The notes beneath the pieces are model-generated. The model ran no database searches. It had not been told where the DNA came from and worked only from the letters and a program-made list of their open reading frames with translations. From assembly GCA_902770595.1 (NCBI GenBank), contig CACXTQ010000005.1, positions 48,218 through 112,217 of the forward strand: 64,000 nt of DNA. Reading direction: 5' to 3'. The stretch comes from an uncultured Bacteroidales bacterium. Lineage in GTDB: Bacteria; Bacteroidota; Bacteroidia; Bacteroidales; UBA3663. Of this stretch, positions 62,511 through 64,000 are shown piece by piece. Numbering within the stretch: the first letter of the stretch is position 1; the number at the start of each line of letters is the position of its first letter. Made by a program: the position numbers and the translations under genes.

Positions 62511-64000
62511 TCAATTGCGATAATTATATTCTATCCCAGTTTCGCGGCTGCCGTTGGAATCGCGTGTGCCAACGAGTCTGCCTCTGTCGTCATATTGGAA
62601 AGTCCTCTCACGCCGATTGGAGTCCTGCATCCAGATGATGCCGACGAGCGGGTCATATTTGAATGTGGTCACCAAATATCCGCTTCCCTCATATTGGGTT
62701 CTCAGTCTCTTCAGAGCTAGGGTCAGTTGTTCCCCGTCGGCCTCGACATCAGGACACTGAAGCGTCCTGTCCGCAATGATTTCCGCTACTGGTAGTGTGC
62801 CATTGTATCCATAGATGTAATTGACATAAGTTGTCTCATCCTTAGCAATGCATGCCACCTTCCCCTTCGCATTGTAGCTGTATGTGACTCGCTGCAACGG
62901 AGAGCCACTCAATCCTGAAGACATTCTTGTCGGAAGCCATTTGCCATAAAGCTGCTGATAAGTGGTTTCTGATGAGGCTACTCTTACGCTATCGACGTAT
63001 GTTTCTTCCTTCACGGGAATCTGCATATTCGCTTCACGCATTCCATCATATCTGTTATCCTGGAACGGATAGGTATAGATGGTCATCTGAGTCTTGCCGT
63101 CGCTGCGCGTCGTCTTCTTTACCAGGGGCCGAATGGTCCGAAGGTGTTCGTCATATTCGTATTCTTCGGTTTCCGTGATGCCGTCGTGCAAGACTGTCTT
63201 TTTGGACAATAAATTGTATGATGGGACTATGTGAACGGTTGAGACCGAGTATTCGTATTGTACACCGGCCACGTCAGAAATCCTCCAAACACCGTTTAGT
63301 CCATCCTCGAAAATGATTTTAGGTCTGATGCGTACTCCGCCATCATATATGGCAAGGACTCCATTGTCGTATAGGTTGTTTTCTTCATAAACCAACGAGT
63401 CATTCCCTGTCATCGACTTTTGATAGATTCTTTTCCTGGCAAGCTGGTATGCGGGATTACCCCTATCATAATTATAGGCAGGATCCCATAGGATTATTGA
63501 TTCCCAGCTATGGGAATCGCTATCCTCTTGGGGCAGCTCTGGATAGAATCGGGAATAGTCATACAGCGTCTTTCGGCTATATTCTTCTGTTGTCCCATCG
63601 TATTCTGCTATTTTAAGATAATGAATCGGAGCGCTGCCTTCCGTCAGCGGCCGGACGGGAGAGCCCCGCCATTCCCTGCGCAGCAAGGCAGAAGGTGCGC
63701 CAGGATATGGAGCAGTAATCCCGCTGCTCAGTCTTGACGGATAATCACGGAAATAAAGGTCCTCCCTGACGGACATGTTCAAGGTGTTCAGTACGCAATA
63801 GGGGGCCACAGCATCGAAGTACCTATAGGACTTCCTGTGGGACAGTGAACCGTCAGACTGATAGCTTGAGTAGCTCCTCAGACGCAATCCGCCCCAAATG
63901 CCATCCTCTTCGATATAGTTCGATTCAAAATCGAAGACAGTGTATCCGCCAGTGGGATAAACGATCTTTGTCAGGGACGAGGCTTTGCAATGCTCCTCAT
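62511..64000 (-). CDS. YD-repeat-like large protein, N-terminus beyond the window; upstream partner of the RHS toxin
   Basis: The frame stays open to position 64000 (my translation upstream of the track TTG: ...KIVYPTGGYTVFDFESNYIEEDGIWGG-LRLRSY...). C-terminal FQYDDRGRLVGTRDSNG is a YD repeat. Its stop is 1 nt before the RHS ATG. Confidence 0.7.
   Translation of the reverse strand, partial: EEHCKASSLTKIVYPTGGYTVFDFESNYIEEDGIWGGLRLRSYSSYQSDGSLSHRKSYRYFDAVAPYCVLNTLNMSVREDLYFRDYPSRLSSGITAPYPGAPSALLRREWRGSPVRPLTEGSAPIHYLKIAEYDGTTEEYSRKTLYDYSRFYPELPQEDSDSHSWESIILWDPAYNYDRGNPAYQLARKRIYQKSMTGNDSLVYEENNLYDNGVLAIYDGGVRIRPKIIFEDGLNGVWRISDVAGVQYEYSVSTVHIVPSYNLLSKKTVLHDGITETEEYEYDEHLRTIRPLVKKTTRSDGKTQMTIYTYPFQDNRYDGMREANMQIPVKEETYVDSVRVASSETTYQQLYGKWLPTRMSSGLSGSPLQRVTYSYNAKGKVACIAKDETTYVNYIYGYNGTLPVAEIIADRTLQCPDVEADGEQLTLALKRLRTQYEGSGYLVTTFKYDPLVGIIWMQDSNRRERTFQYDDRGRLVGTRDSNGSRETGIEYNYRN

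Noticed and set aside
1-64000. tRNA, rRNA, tmRNA, SRP RNA, riboswitches, transposases/integrases, prophage genes, and CRISPR-Cas or recognisable defence systems (RM, TA, CBASS, retron)
   Set aside because: I scanned intergenic regions by eye for T-loop GGTTCGAATCC-type motifs, tmRNA tag or 3' end, the SRP helix-8 motif, and DDE or tyrosine-recombinase ORFs, and found none. A covariance-model search would be needed to exclude small RNAs formally.

Overview
This 64-kb window looks like chromosomal DNA from a Bacteroidales, probably Prevotellaceae-like, genome. That call is an inference from about 15 TAnnTTTG -7 promoter boxes upstream of genes and from the gene content. I call 49 CDS and one RNA gene (RNase P RNA, 7006..7384). 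I saw no tRNA, rRNA, CRISPR array, transposase or integrase. Positions 1-58.3 kb are mostly housekeeping: a NIF3-like gene, dnaB, htrA, leuS, asnS, an rluB-like gene, purB, plsC, ligA, rimM, prmA, uvrD/pcrA, tig, gyrB, rpsT, recO, a 5'-nucleotidase, a GH3/beta-lactamase fusion, an oadGAB-type Na+-decarboxylase operon and a carboxynorspermidine dehydrogenase-like gene. A small glycosidase cluster (beta-helix, GH78-like, GH2) also lies in this part. The clearest accessory region is the right end, about 58.4-64.0 kb. It holds an AT-rich toxin/immunity module: a Sec-signal RHS/YD-repeat protein whose 228-aa C-terminal domain I cannot assign to any toxin family, a tightly linked 123-aa multi-TM candidate immunity gene, and an upstream YD-like partner that runs off the window. 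Several non-coding structures are not explained by the genes. (i) An 8-copy, 42-bp-period array of CTTGGCCAAG-centred palindromes ends in a perfect 14-bp hairpin (30457..30812). (ii) A family of 9-10-bp phased CTAGA/TTAGA/TTAAG words sits right after stop codons at several loci; one related copy lies in frame inside a CDS, and another locus is built into a 170-bp imperfect palindrome. (iii) TTAATTG heptamer tracts occur in at least three intergenic regions. (iv) rpsT has a 230-nt leader, and a promoter followed by 200 nt without an ORF lies upstream of the zinc-ribbon gene. Protein oddities are a roughly 290-aa G/Y/Q/R low-complexity N-terminus on the RluB-like synthase, a secreted aromatic/Gly-rich disordered protein next to a FadL-like barrel, and a LemA-like gene paired with an unassignable membrane protein. 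All family assignments come from reading motifs by eye. No database search was run.
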